Shown: one piece after another, positions 1 through 7,209 of the stretch
Layout of the letters: every line of letters begins with the position of its first letter
Position numbering within the stretch: position 1 is the stretch's first letter
IMG/VR virus record: IMGVR_UViG_3300030118_000876
Span: 1 to 53,165 of that record
Source: a virus
Lineage: Duplodnaviria; Caudoviricetes
Direction: 5' to 3' (one strand)
Length of the DNA stretch: 53,165 bases
The notes under the pieces: generated by a model
What the model saw: only the letters and a program-made list of their open reading frames with translations
The model's database searches: none
What the model was told of the DNA's origin: nothing
Made by a program: the position numbers and the translations under genes

Positions 1-99
1 TCAAGTAAACTATCTAAACTATCTAAAATATATAGATAAATTCAATATACCCTTTCATGAAAGGATTTCTTGAGGAATATATGTAAAACGCGGTAGTCA
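1..99. repeat. Terminal direct repeat identical to 53067-53165; circular contig overlap
   Basis: The first 99 nt match the last 99 nt exactly; 99 is a common assembler k-mer size. Confidence 0.9.
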
Positions 100-229
100 A
101 AGATTACCAATATATTTCTAGATATTTTAGATACCTGTACACAAACCATTGAAATTGAATAGTATTTCCTATCTATTTCCAATATCTATCTACAGAAACA
201 TTACAGATAGGACTGCCCACAAATAGATA
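11..229. repeat. TATCTA/TAGATA hexamer cluster (continues from 52955-53004); candidate replication origin or protein-binding array
   Basis: Exact copies at 52955, 52964, 52999, 11, 20, 33, 119, 128, 170, 183, 187 and 224 in non-coding AT-rich DNA. Confidence 0.6.
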
Positions 230-289
230 GAACAACATGTTTCCACATGTCATGTGAAGGCGTCGCTTTCTCTGTGTACGCGAGCCAAC

Positions 290-318
290 TTGCAAAATCG
301 GGTCGCCTCGCCCAAACT
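290..318 (+). promoter_or_regulatory. Sigma70-like promoter for the early operon
   Basis: TTGCAA(290-295)-17 nt-CAAACT(313-318). Confidence 0.55.
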
Positions 319-323
319 GGGTT

Positions 324-401
324 TGTCTTTCGGGGCTGTCCTTTTACGGACTTCCTAAGAGACATTCAATCAACGCCATTGAACTAATTAACTAAGGAGG
401 T
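324..401 (+). promoter_or_regulatory. Structured 5' leader and strong SD
   Basis: TGTC...GACA-closed hairpin 324-364 with inner GTCC/GGAC; TTCAAT/ATTGAA hairpin 365-383; TAAGGAGGT 393-401. Confidence 0.55.
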
Positions 402-406
402 GTAAA

Positions 407-700
407 GTGGCAAAAATATACGAAGGTAATGTATCTATCTTTAAGAACTCTAAAGATAAGATTGTTGTAAAAGCTGATCCTACTGGTCAGTACAATGCTG
501 AGAATGTTGAAGCACTTGCTTCAAAGATGACTGAACTTGGTCGTTCTTTGAAAGCTGAAGTAAACTTCTTCATTCCAGAGACTAACTCAGACAAGCCTAT
601 CAAGGCTGTCTTGCTAGCTAATCGTTGGGGTTCCCCTTACGTAGCTTACTTACCTGAGGGTAAGACATCTACTCGTAAGCCTATTGAAAAGCTTGCTTAA
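407..700 (+). CDS. Early hypothetical protein, 97 aa, paralog of 52243-52536
   Basis: GTG start with near-perfect SD; shares IxEGNVSI, DPxG, LxAxRxGxP and terminal KLA with the 52243 protein. Confidence 0.9.
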   Translation: MAKIYEGNVSIFKNSKDKIVVKADPTGQYNAENVEALASKMTELGRSLKAEVNFFIPETNSDKPIKAVLLANRWGSPYVAYLPEGKTSTRKPIEKLA

Positions 701-708
701 TCTTAATC

Positions 709-737
709 AGGGACAGTGGTGTAATGCTACTGTCCCT
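709..737 (+). promoter_or_regulatory. Intergenic 12-bp hairpin without U-tract
   Basis: AGGGACAGTGGT-GTAAT-GCTACTGTCCCT. Confidence 0.6.
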
Positions 738-756
738 ATTCGTGTTGGAGGTGAAT

Positions 757-957
757 ATGTATTCATGTGTTGTATGTTCTGCTGAAGTCAATGACAAACG
801 TGTCAAGTTAGGTTATGATACTTGCATGCTCTGTGGTGACAAGCAGGCTAGGGAGGTTGTGCATACAGTACTACCTTTACACAAATCCAACTACATGTTG
901 GTGACCAATCGGGAGGAACTGATTGGTTTCAATACGAAGGGAGGGATAGTCAAATGA
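757..957 (+). CDS. C4 zinc-finger protein (DksA/TraR-type finger)
   Basis: CVVC-x-R-x-CMLC pattern; SD GGAGGTG before ATG 757 (start revised from 724). Confidence 0.75.
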   Translation: MYSCVVCSAEVNDKRVKLGYDTCMLCGDKQAREVVHTVLPLHKSNYMLVTNREELIGFNTKGGIVK

Positions 958-1052
958 AACTATCTGATAAACTTCTATGGATACTGTACTGTGCTATTGC
1001 GGCAGGTACAGTTTCATACTTAGACACAGTCTTTGAGTGGGGGTTATTCTAA
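954..1052 (+). CDS. Small membrane protein, 32 aa (MKLSDKLLWILYCAIAAGTVSYLDTVFEWGLF); not in ORF track
   Basis: ATGA overlap with upstream gene, TAATG overlap with downstream gene, SD GGAGG, one hydrophobic segment. Confidence 0.65.
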   Translation: MKLSDKLLWILYCAIAAGTVSYLDTVFEWGLF

Positions 1053-1240
1053 TGTCTGCTCGTAAGGTTTTGTCTGCACTGGGGGCTACAGCTTTAGTTG
1101 TAGCTTTCGGTTTTCTACTAGCGTTTGTACTTATCAACTTCATGCTTGGTTGTGAGACTTGGGATGAAAGTCTTTGGACTGAGTACAACAGCTGTATAAC
1201 CCTTGGTCACATCATCGAAGGAATAGGAGGTAAACAATGA
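1052..1240 (+). CDS. Hypothetical membrane protein
   Basis: N-terminal TM segment followed by CETW...C; coupled start at 1052. Confidence 0.75.
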   Translation: MSARKVLSALGATALVVAFGFLLAFVLINFMLGCETWDESLWTEYNSCITLGHIIEGIGGKQ

Positions 1241-1449
1241 CCAATAAGAAATCTATGAAGCTTTTCGTACTTCGGTATGGAAAAGGTGGAGATGTAGTAA
1301 AGGGGGAAGATGGCACACCCCTGTACTTCAACGACAAACAAGTTGCCAAGAACCATCGGGGAGACAACATGGTTGTCTCATATGGCCCTGACCATCGTAA
1401 ACACAAAGGAGGAATAGATGCGAGCCACTCTACTAAAACAAACAATTAA
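1237..1449 (+). CDS. Hypothetical protein
   Basis: SD GGAGGT, ATGA overlap. Confidence 0.7.
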   Translation: MTNKKSMKLFVLRYGKGGDVVKGEDGTPLYFNDKQVAKNHRGDNMVVSYGPDHRKHKGGIDASHSTKTNN

Positions 1450-2410
1450 ATCATTGTTCCCTACACAACGGACAATGGCAATCGAAGGTGCACCGGGTGG
1501 TGGTAAGACTACCATCTGTGAAGAAGTTGCCAATGAATTGAAGGTTGGTTTCATTGAGAAACACATGCCGACAATGTTGGTCGAAGACTTCGGTATCATG
1601 TATCCAAATGGTGATGATATGTTGCACTACAAACTACCAGACTGGTATCCGTCACAAGACAGAACGGATATACCTGACACTGGTATCCTATGCTTTGATG
1701 ACAGGAACCAAGCCAATGCTGACTTGCAGAAAGTCTTGGCTAACATCTGTCAAGCTAGGAATCTACATGGTAAACCACTCAAGGAAGGTTGGATGGTTGT
1801 CTCGACAGGTAACCGACAGTCTGACAGAGCAGGTGCTAATCGTGTACTGTCTCACTTGCGTAATCGTGAGACTGTGTATGAACTTGAAACACACCTTGAT
1901 GACTGGTGTTCATGGGCTATTGACCATGGAGTGAAGCCCGAAGTTGTTTCGTTCATACGTTTCAGACCTAATCTCTTGCATGACTTTGATGCTCAACGTG
2001 ACCAAAACCCTACACCACGTTCATGGGTTGAGGGTGTGTCTGACGCCATTGGTGTTGTACCAACTAACGCTGAGTATGAAACATTCAAGGGTGCTGTTGG
2101 TGAAGGTGCGGCGGCAGAATTTGTAGGTTTCGTTAAGATCTACAGGAAGCTACCGAATCCTGACAACATCATCATGAATCCTACTACAGCCGAGGTTCCT
2201 GATGACCCTGCTACGTTGTATGCCCTGTCTGGTGCTATCGCTGAACGTGCAACTGTCAACAACTTTGAGCGTGTTGTGACTTATGCCGAGCGTATGCCAC
2301 CTGAGTTCAGTGTACTGTCTGTGTCCTATGCAAGTCGTAAGAACGCAGAACTGGCTTCAACGCAAGCGTTTACGAAGTGGGCTGTTAACCATCAAGATGT
2401 CCTATTTTAA
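1418..2410 (+). CDS. AAA+ ATPase (MoxR/AAA_5-like)
   Basis: Walker A GAPGGGKT, Walker B-like ILCFDD, sensor STGNR, arginine finger LRNR, TPRSW motif. Confidence 0.85.
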   Translation: MRATLLKQTIKSLFPTQRTMAIEGAPGGGKTTICEEVANELKVGFIEKHMPTMLVEDFGIMYPNGDDMLHYKLPDWYPSQDRTDIPDTGILCFDDRNQANADLQKVLANICQARNLHGKPLKEGWMVVSTGNRQSDRAGANRVLSHLRNRETVYELETHLDDWCSWAIDHGVKPEVVSFIRFRPNLLHDFDAQRDQNPTPRSWVEGVSDAIGVVPTNAEYETFKGAVGEGAAAEFVGFVKIYRKLPNPDNIIMNPTTAEVPDDPATLYALSGAIAERATVNNFERVVTYAERMPPEFSVLSVSYASRKNAELASTQAFTKWAVNHQDVLF

Positions 2411-2421
2411 CGGAGGTAGAT

Positions 2422-3273
2422 ATGAAGTTATCGGACAAAGCACTATTGGTTCAACTGAATGTATCACAGTGGACTGCTAGGAAGTATGACAAGAGGGCTA
2501 CTGAACAGGTAGCCCAACAGAATGGTTCTGCTGTACAAGCAGGACGATACAACAAATCGTTGTTACCTATGAATGATTACCTTGATAATGTTCATAAGAA
2601 AACAACCACTATCAGAGCGAAGTACTACGCCAATACCCTACCTTGGGGTATTGAGGGTACAATGTTGTTACCATCTGCAAACTACTTGAACTTCATGACA
2701 GAGTTTAGGAAGGAGAAAGCAGATTGGCAAACACTTGTGGACAGCTTTTGGAATGAGTATTCAAGGCTGAAGCAAGATGCACAACGCTTCTTGGGTAACC
2801 TGTACAACGATGCAGACTACCCACCACTGCACGACATCCAACGTAAATTCAAGATGGACTTGGCTGTGTTCCCTGTACCATCTAACGATTTTCGTGTGCA
2901 AATATCGGATGATGAACTGTCTCGTATACAGAATGATGTTGAAGCTAGAGTACAAGATGCGGCTCAACAAGCTATGCAGGAAGCATGGCAACGTTTGTAT
3001 GACCGAGTCAAACACATGGCTGAGAAACTTGCAGACCCTAAGGCTATCTTCCGAGATACTCTGATCGAGAATACCAAGGAAGTATGTTCTGTACTTAGCC
3101 GACTTAACTTTGCTGATGACCCTAACTTGGAAGCCTTACGACAACAAGTTGAGGGAAGTCTAGCTAACAACCACCCTGAAAGTCTACGTAATGACCCTGA
3201 CTTGAGACGTGATAAAGCGGCTGAAGCCAAGGCAATCATGGACAAGATGGGTGCATTTATGGGAGGTAACTAA
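2422..3273 (+). CDS. Helical coiled-coil protein, DUF3150-like
   Basis: SD GGAGGT; largely helical; lies between the AAA+ and vWA genes; family from recall. Confidence 0.6.
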   Translation: MKLSDKALLVQLNVSQWTARKYDKRATEQVAQQNGSAVQAGRYNKSLLPMNDYLDNVHKKTTTIRAKYYANTLPWGIEGTMLLPSANYLNFMTEFRKEKADWQTLVDSFWNEYSRLKQDAQRFLGNLYNDADYPPLHDIQRKFKMDLAVFPVPSNDFRVQISDDELSRIQNDVEARVQDAAQQAMQEAWQRLYDRVKHMAEKLADPKAIFRDTLIENTKEVCSVLSRLNFADDPNLEALRQQVEGSLANNHPESLRNDPDLRRDKAAEAKAIMDKMGAFMGGN

Positions 3274-4394
3274 TGGCAGATGTTGAGAAACGAATCAGTA
3301 AAGCTAAGACTTCATTGATTCTTGAGCATCCCTTTGTTGGTAGTATTGCTTTGAATATGCCGATGAAGGTTGACAACTCTGTACCTACTGCCGCCACTAA
3401 TGGTAAGCGTGTACTGTTCAATGGAGATTTCTGCAATGGGTTGGATGATGAGGAACTTAAGTTCCTCGTCGCCCACGAATGTTTACACCCAATGTTGGAA
3501 CACAACTTCCGTAGACAAGAACGTAATCCATACAAGTGGAACAAAGCGGCTGACTATGTAATCAACAAGCTGTTGACTGATGAAGGTATTGGTAAGATGC
3601 CCGAACAAGGTCTGCTTGATGAGAATATATACCAGTCTGGTAATGGTACATCCGAGGGTATCTACGGAATACTACCCGAGGAAGATGAAGGTAATGAAGG
3701 CTATGGTGGTCAAGGTCAACCACTAGACAGCTGTGAAGATGGTGAAGGTTCACCTGCTGAAGTATCACAGCAACAAGCCGAATGGAAAGTCAAGGTAGCA
3801 CAAGCGGCTCAAGCGGCTAAGATGATGGGCAAGTTGAGTGCAGGTCTTGAACGTATCGTTGATGAAGTCTTGAAACCCAAAGTGGACTGGAGGGAAGTCT
3901 TACAGAGATTTGTTGTCAAGTGTAAGTCTGACCAACGCTCGTGGGCTAGACCCAATAGACGATTCCTTTCTCAAGGATTGTATTTACCAAGTGTATCGGG
4001 TGAATCATTGGGAGACATTGCGTTCGCTGTAGACTGTTCGGGTTCTATCGGACAAGACGAAATCAATCAGTATGCTAGTGAAATACGTACAGTTTGGGAA
4101 GATCACAGACCAACAAATATACACGTCATCTACTTTGATTCTGAAGTCTGTCACTACGATAAGTTTGACAGAGACAACGAACCAACAATCAAACCACATG
4201 GGGGTGGAGGTACTGCTTTCAGTCCTGTGTTCAAATACATGCAAGACAATTCTATTGACCCAGTTGCTTGTGTGTTTCTAACAGACCTTTGCTGTGATGA
4301 CTTTGGTGATGCACCTGATTACCCAGTTCTATGGGTGTCAACGCATGATGACAAAGCACCATTTGGTGAGGTCGTAATGATGAAGGAGGTATAA
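3273..4394 (+). CDS. Metallopeptidase plus vWA domain protein (DUF2201-like)
   Basis: TAATNG, HExxH (AHECLH), MIDAS DCSGS, GGGGT, FLTD. Confidence 0.85.
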   Translation: MADVEKRISKAKTSLILEHPFVGSIALNMPMKVDNSVPTAATNGKRVLFNGDFCNGLDDEELKFLVAHECLHPMLEHNFRRQERNPYKWNKAADYVINKLLTDEGIGKMPEQGLLDENIYQSGNGTSEGIYGILPEEDEGNEGYGGQGQPLDSCEDGEGSPAEVSQQQAEWKVKVAQAAQAAKMMGKLSAGLERIVDEVLKPKVDWREVLQRFVVKCKSDQRSWARPNRRFLSQGLYLPSVSGESLGDIAFAVDCSGSIGQDEINQYASEIRTVWEDHRPTNIHVIYFDSEVCHYDKFDRDNEPTIKPHGGGGTAFSPVFKYMQDNSIDPVACVFLTDLCCDDFGDAPDYPVLWVSTHDDKAPFGEVVMMKEV

Positions 4395-4588
4395 TGGGAC
4401 AAGTTAAGCAACTGCTTATAGAAGCAGAATCATTATTGGTTACATGCCTAGATGATTGGGGCATGACCAATGACCAAGCGTTTGCAAAGATACGCAAACA
4501 GTTAGGTAGCATGGCTGAAGACCATGTACGTCAACTAGTAAACAAATGGAATAAGGAGGATAAAAATGGCAACAGTACGATTCAGTGA
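4394..4588 (+). CDS. Hypothetical protein
   Basis: Coupled TAATG start, SD AAGGAGGT. Confidence 0.75.
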   Translation: MGQVKQLLIEAESLLVTCLDDWGMTNDQAFAKIRKQLGSMAEDHVRQLVNKWNKEDKNGNSTIQ

Positions 4589-5246
4589 TGCGTTGAAAGA
4601 TACCATCCGTACCAATGCAAAAAACATGTTCGAAGCGAACATCAAGAAAACAGAAGCAGACTATCCATCAACATGGGCAGATAAGTTTTACAATTCATTC
4701 TTTCCTGCTGATGTGATTGTTAAGTTCAATGTACTACCAGACTACGCATTGGACAAGAAAGAACGAGTCGACTTTCGTGGGTTTCATAATGCACCCGAAG
4801 ATGTATGGCAGACAGGTGAATACAAACATGAGACATGGAAGTTGGTAAGTGAGATACCACTAAACTTCAGTACACCTAAGCCTTGGCCTCATAAATTTAA
4901 CAAGGAGGATACAGGGTTTGATGATCAGTGGCGTAGTGGTTCTTGTGACTACAACGATAGTAGATGGGACTGGTTGAAAGCCGAGTTCAAGGAATACAAT
5001 CGTAAAGTCTTTGAGATACGAAGCAAACAAGAGAAGTTCTTGGAAGGTGTTAACAGGATTATGGATACATATTCTACGTTAGCCCCTGCACTCAAAGCAT
5101 GGCAACCATTGTGGGATTTGTTGGATGACAATACCAAGGAACGACACAAGAAGGTAGTCGAACGTAAGAAGTCGAGTGATACAGACTTAGGTGTAAACCT
5201 AAACGACATGACTGCGGCTGTAACATTTAATAAACTAACGAGGTAA
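4566..5246 (+). CDS. Hypothetical protein, possibly Nmad5-like
   Basis: SD AAGGAGG; N-terminal VRFSDALKDTI and C-terminal STLAPALKAW resemble the Nmad5 pattern (recall). Confidence 0.55.
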   Translation: MATVRFSDALKDTIRTNAKNMFEANIKKTEADYPSTWADKFYNSFFPADVIVKFNVLPDYALDKKERVDFRGFHNAPEDVWQTGEYKHETWKLVSEIPLNFSTPKPWPHKFNKEDTGFDDQWRSGSCDYNDSRWDWLKAEFKEYNRKVFEIRSKQEKFLEGVNRIMDTYSTLAPALKAWQPLWDLLDDNTKERHKKVVERKKSSDTDLGVNLNDMTAAVTFNKLTR

Positions 5247-5248
5247 TA

Positions 5249-6307
5249 ATGACAGAGATAATATATCCAAATGGGCTGACTGAAGGCGAAATACCACCTA
5301 TCAAGTACACCAACTGGTGGGAAAGCGACAGGTCACTCAACAGCTACGAACAAATGGTAGCTTTTTTCAATCGGGCAAGAGATAAAACTAAGGGTAAGCC
5401 TGTAACCCAATGGTCTAAGCTGACTATGGAAGGTGATGTAGTGTACATTAATCTTCTCAACTATGGCACAGACAAGCTAGCCAAGATAACACCTGACAAC
5501 ATCATTGAGTTTATTGCTGAGCCAATGACTATTTGGCAACAGAGTCAATCAATGGTTGGTGCTTTCCATAGGTGGTATCCGTTTACATTCATGAGACATC
5601 GTAAGGGTTTGTATCGTGCCCAACATACTAAGGTCATGAGTAAGATAGCAGATATAAAAGTAAAAGAAAAACGTGAATCAATGTTGGCTATGACTAAGCA
5701 AGAAGTCGATGATGCTAAAGCCGCAGAAAAGTACTATGGCTATTGGAATTATGGCTATCAAGTACACACTGAAATCATGAAGGAGTCCCCATCATACTTC
5801 AAGGGTCTGCGTTTTCACATGCTTACCGGCGAGTGTCTCAATCAAAGACCTGACGACAAGTTTGTAGAAGATCCCGAGAAGCGTAAAGAGTGGCGTAAAA
5901 TGCTGACTAAATTCAAGCGAGGTATGAAAGCTAGAATCAAAGTCCATGCTCTTGATGGTATTGTCAACGAGGTATGGGACAACAAACAGCTAGGTGGTCA
6001 GCACCAATGGAAACAACCCGATTGGTCTGCTGAAGAATGGACTACCCTACTACAGAAGTGTATTCGTGACTGTGACTATCCTAGAGAATTACTGATCGGT
6101 TTGGTTCAGACATCACATAGTGGATACTATATGTCTAGTAGACCAACTGCTGATGACCTTAGAAAAACACTTGATAGGGTACTCAACGATATGAGTATCG
6201 AACTTCGTAGACGATTCGGTGTCTTTGAGAAAGAAGGACATGATGAGAAAAAGCAGGACAAGTACAGAGGATACAATTCTTCTATAACTATCGAAGGTGT
6301 CCTATGA
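5249..6307 (+). CDS. Hypothetical protein, 352 aa
   Basis: Long ORF within the operon with SD GAGGT. Confidence 0.8.
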   Translation: MTEIIYPNGLTEGEIPPIKYTNWWESDRSLNSYEQMVAFFNRARDKTKGKPVTQWSKLTMEGDVVYINLLNYGTDKLAKITPDNIIEFIAEPMTIWQQSQSMVGAFHRWYPFTFMRHRKGLYRAQHTKVMSKIADIKVKEKRESMLAMTKQEVDDAKAAEKYYGYWNYGYQVHTEIMKESPSYFKGLRFHMLTGECLNQRPDDKFVEDPEKRKEWRKMLTKFKRGMKARIKVHALDGIVNEVWDNKQLGGQHQWKQPDWSAEEWTTLLQKCIRDCDYPRELLIGLVQTSHSGYYMSSRPTADDLRKTLDRVLNDMSIELRRRFGVFEKEGHDEKKQDKYRGYNSSITIEGVL

Positions 6308-6768
6308 CAGTCGTAGTTTGGGATGGAATGAATCTAGCTACTGATAGACAAGCTAATGATGGCTCTCTTAAATGGGAGTCATCAAAGGCTTGGTACGTAT
6401 CTAGTAATGGTGAAGTCAGCATTGTTTCGGGTGTTGGGTTATTGTCACATATTGTAACACTACGTGAGTGGTATAAGAGTGGGGCTTTACCCGACAGGTA
6501 TCCGGCAGAGATACAACATAACACAGCTCAACTTATTGTCATAAGACAGGATGGGTTGTGGGTCTATGATGGTACTGCTTACCCCGAACATAAGGGCTTC
6601 AATGTGTGTGCCTTTGGACATGGTAGAGATTTCGCTTTCGGTGCATTAGCTATGGGTGCTGATGCTCGTAAGGCTGTGGAAATAGCTTGTGAATATTCTT
6701 TACAATGTGGTAAAGGTGTGGAAATATATAGTTTACAAAGAGGTAAAGATAATGTCGAAGAAGTATGA
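6304..6768 (+). CDS. Ntn-hydrolase (proteasome beta/HslV-like) fold protein
   Basis: Thr at residue 2, LATDRQ, SSK, AFGHG..AFGALAMGA..AVEIA pattern. Confidence 0.65.
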   Translation: MTVVVWDGMNLATDRQANDGSLKWESSKAWYVSSNGEVSIVSGVGLLSHIVTLREWYKSGALPDRYPAEIQHNTAQLIVIRQDGLWVYDGTAYPEHKGFNVCAFGHGRDFAFGALAMGADARKAVEIACEYSLQCGKGVEIYSLQRGKDNVEEV

Positions 6769-7207
6769 AAAGGTAATGAAATACCTTATAGATAACCCTA
6801 CTGCTAAAGCTAGTGTTGTAGCCAAGGCTTGTAAGTGTAGTGTCAAGTATGTCTACAATCTTAAATCAAATGTTGGAACACCAAAGGAAGTCTTTGAGAA
6901 AGAAGCTAGAGATAAACAGAGGAAGGCACTGGTCAATAGAACTAGTGTACTAATGACAGCTGATGACATGGTTAGTAAAGCTAGGCAACAAGACCACGGA
7001 AGTTTTCTTAACAATGCTACCATGACAGCACAGTATTGGAATACTCATTTAGGTTTGATTGATTTTATAAAACCTAGAGATGTTCCTATCATGCTAGCTT
7101 TGCTGAAGATTGCAAGGATTCATGAGAACCCATCACACATAGACAACTATGTTGACACATGTGGGTACTCTGCACTTGCAGCGGAAATGTCGGAAGACAG
7201 GGAGTAG
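6752..7207 (+). CDS. N-terminal HTH-like domain plus DUF6378-like domain
   Basis: RQQDHGS...WN...DVPIMLALLKIAR...DNYVDTCGYSAL; start revised to ATG 6752 (SD GAGGT). Confidence 0.7.
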   Translation: MSKKYEKVMKYLIDNPTAKASVVAKACKCSVKYVYNLKSNVGTPKEVFEKEARDKQRKALVNRTSVLMTADDMVSKARQQDHGSFLNNATMTAQYWNTHLGLIDFIKPRDVPIMLALLKIARIHENPSHIDNYVDTCGYSALAAEMSEDRE

Positions 7208-7209
7208 TT

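Noticed and set aside
11-229. TATCTA cluster as a CRISPR or mini-array
   Set aside because: The repeats are only 6 nt, occur in both orientations and are irregularly spaced.
1545-1934. 129-aa alternative-frame ORF inside the AAA+ gene, and similar shadow or antisense ORFs elsewhere
   Set aside because: No SD, a composition typical of shifted frames and no recognisable motifs, unlike the nested ORF at 22948.
4566-7207. DNA base-modification system suggested by Nmad5-like and DUF6378-like genes
   Set aside because: No recognisable modifying enzymes (methyltransferase, thymidylate synthase, PurZ, Que or glycosyltransferase) anywhere in the genome.
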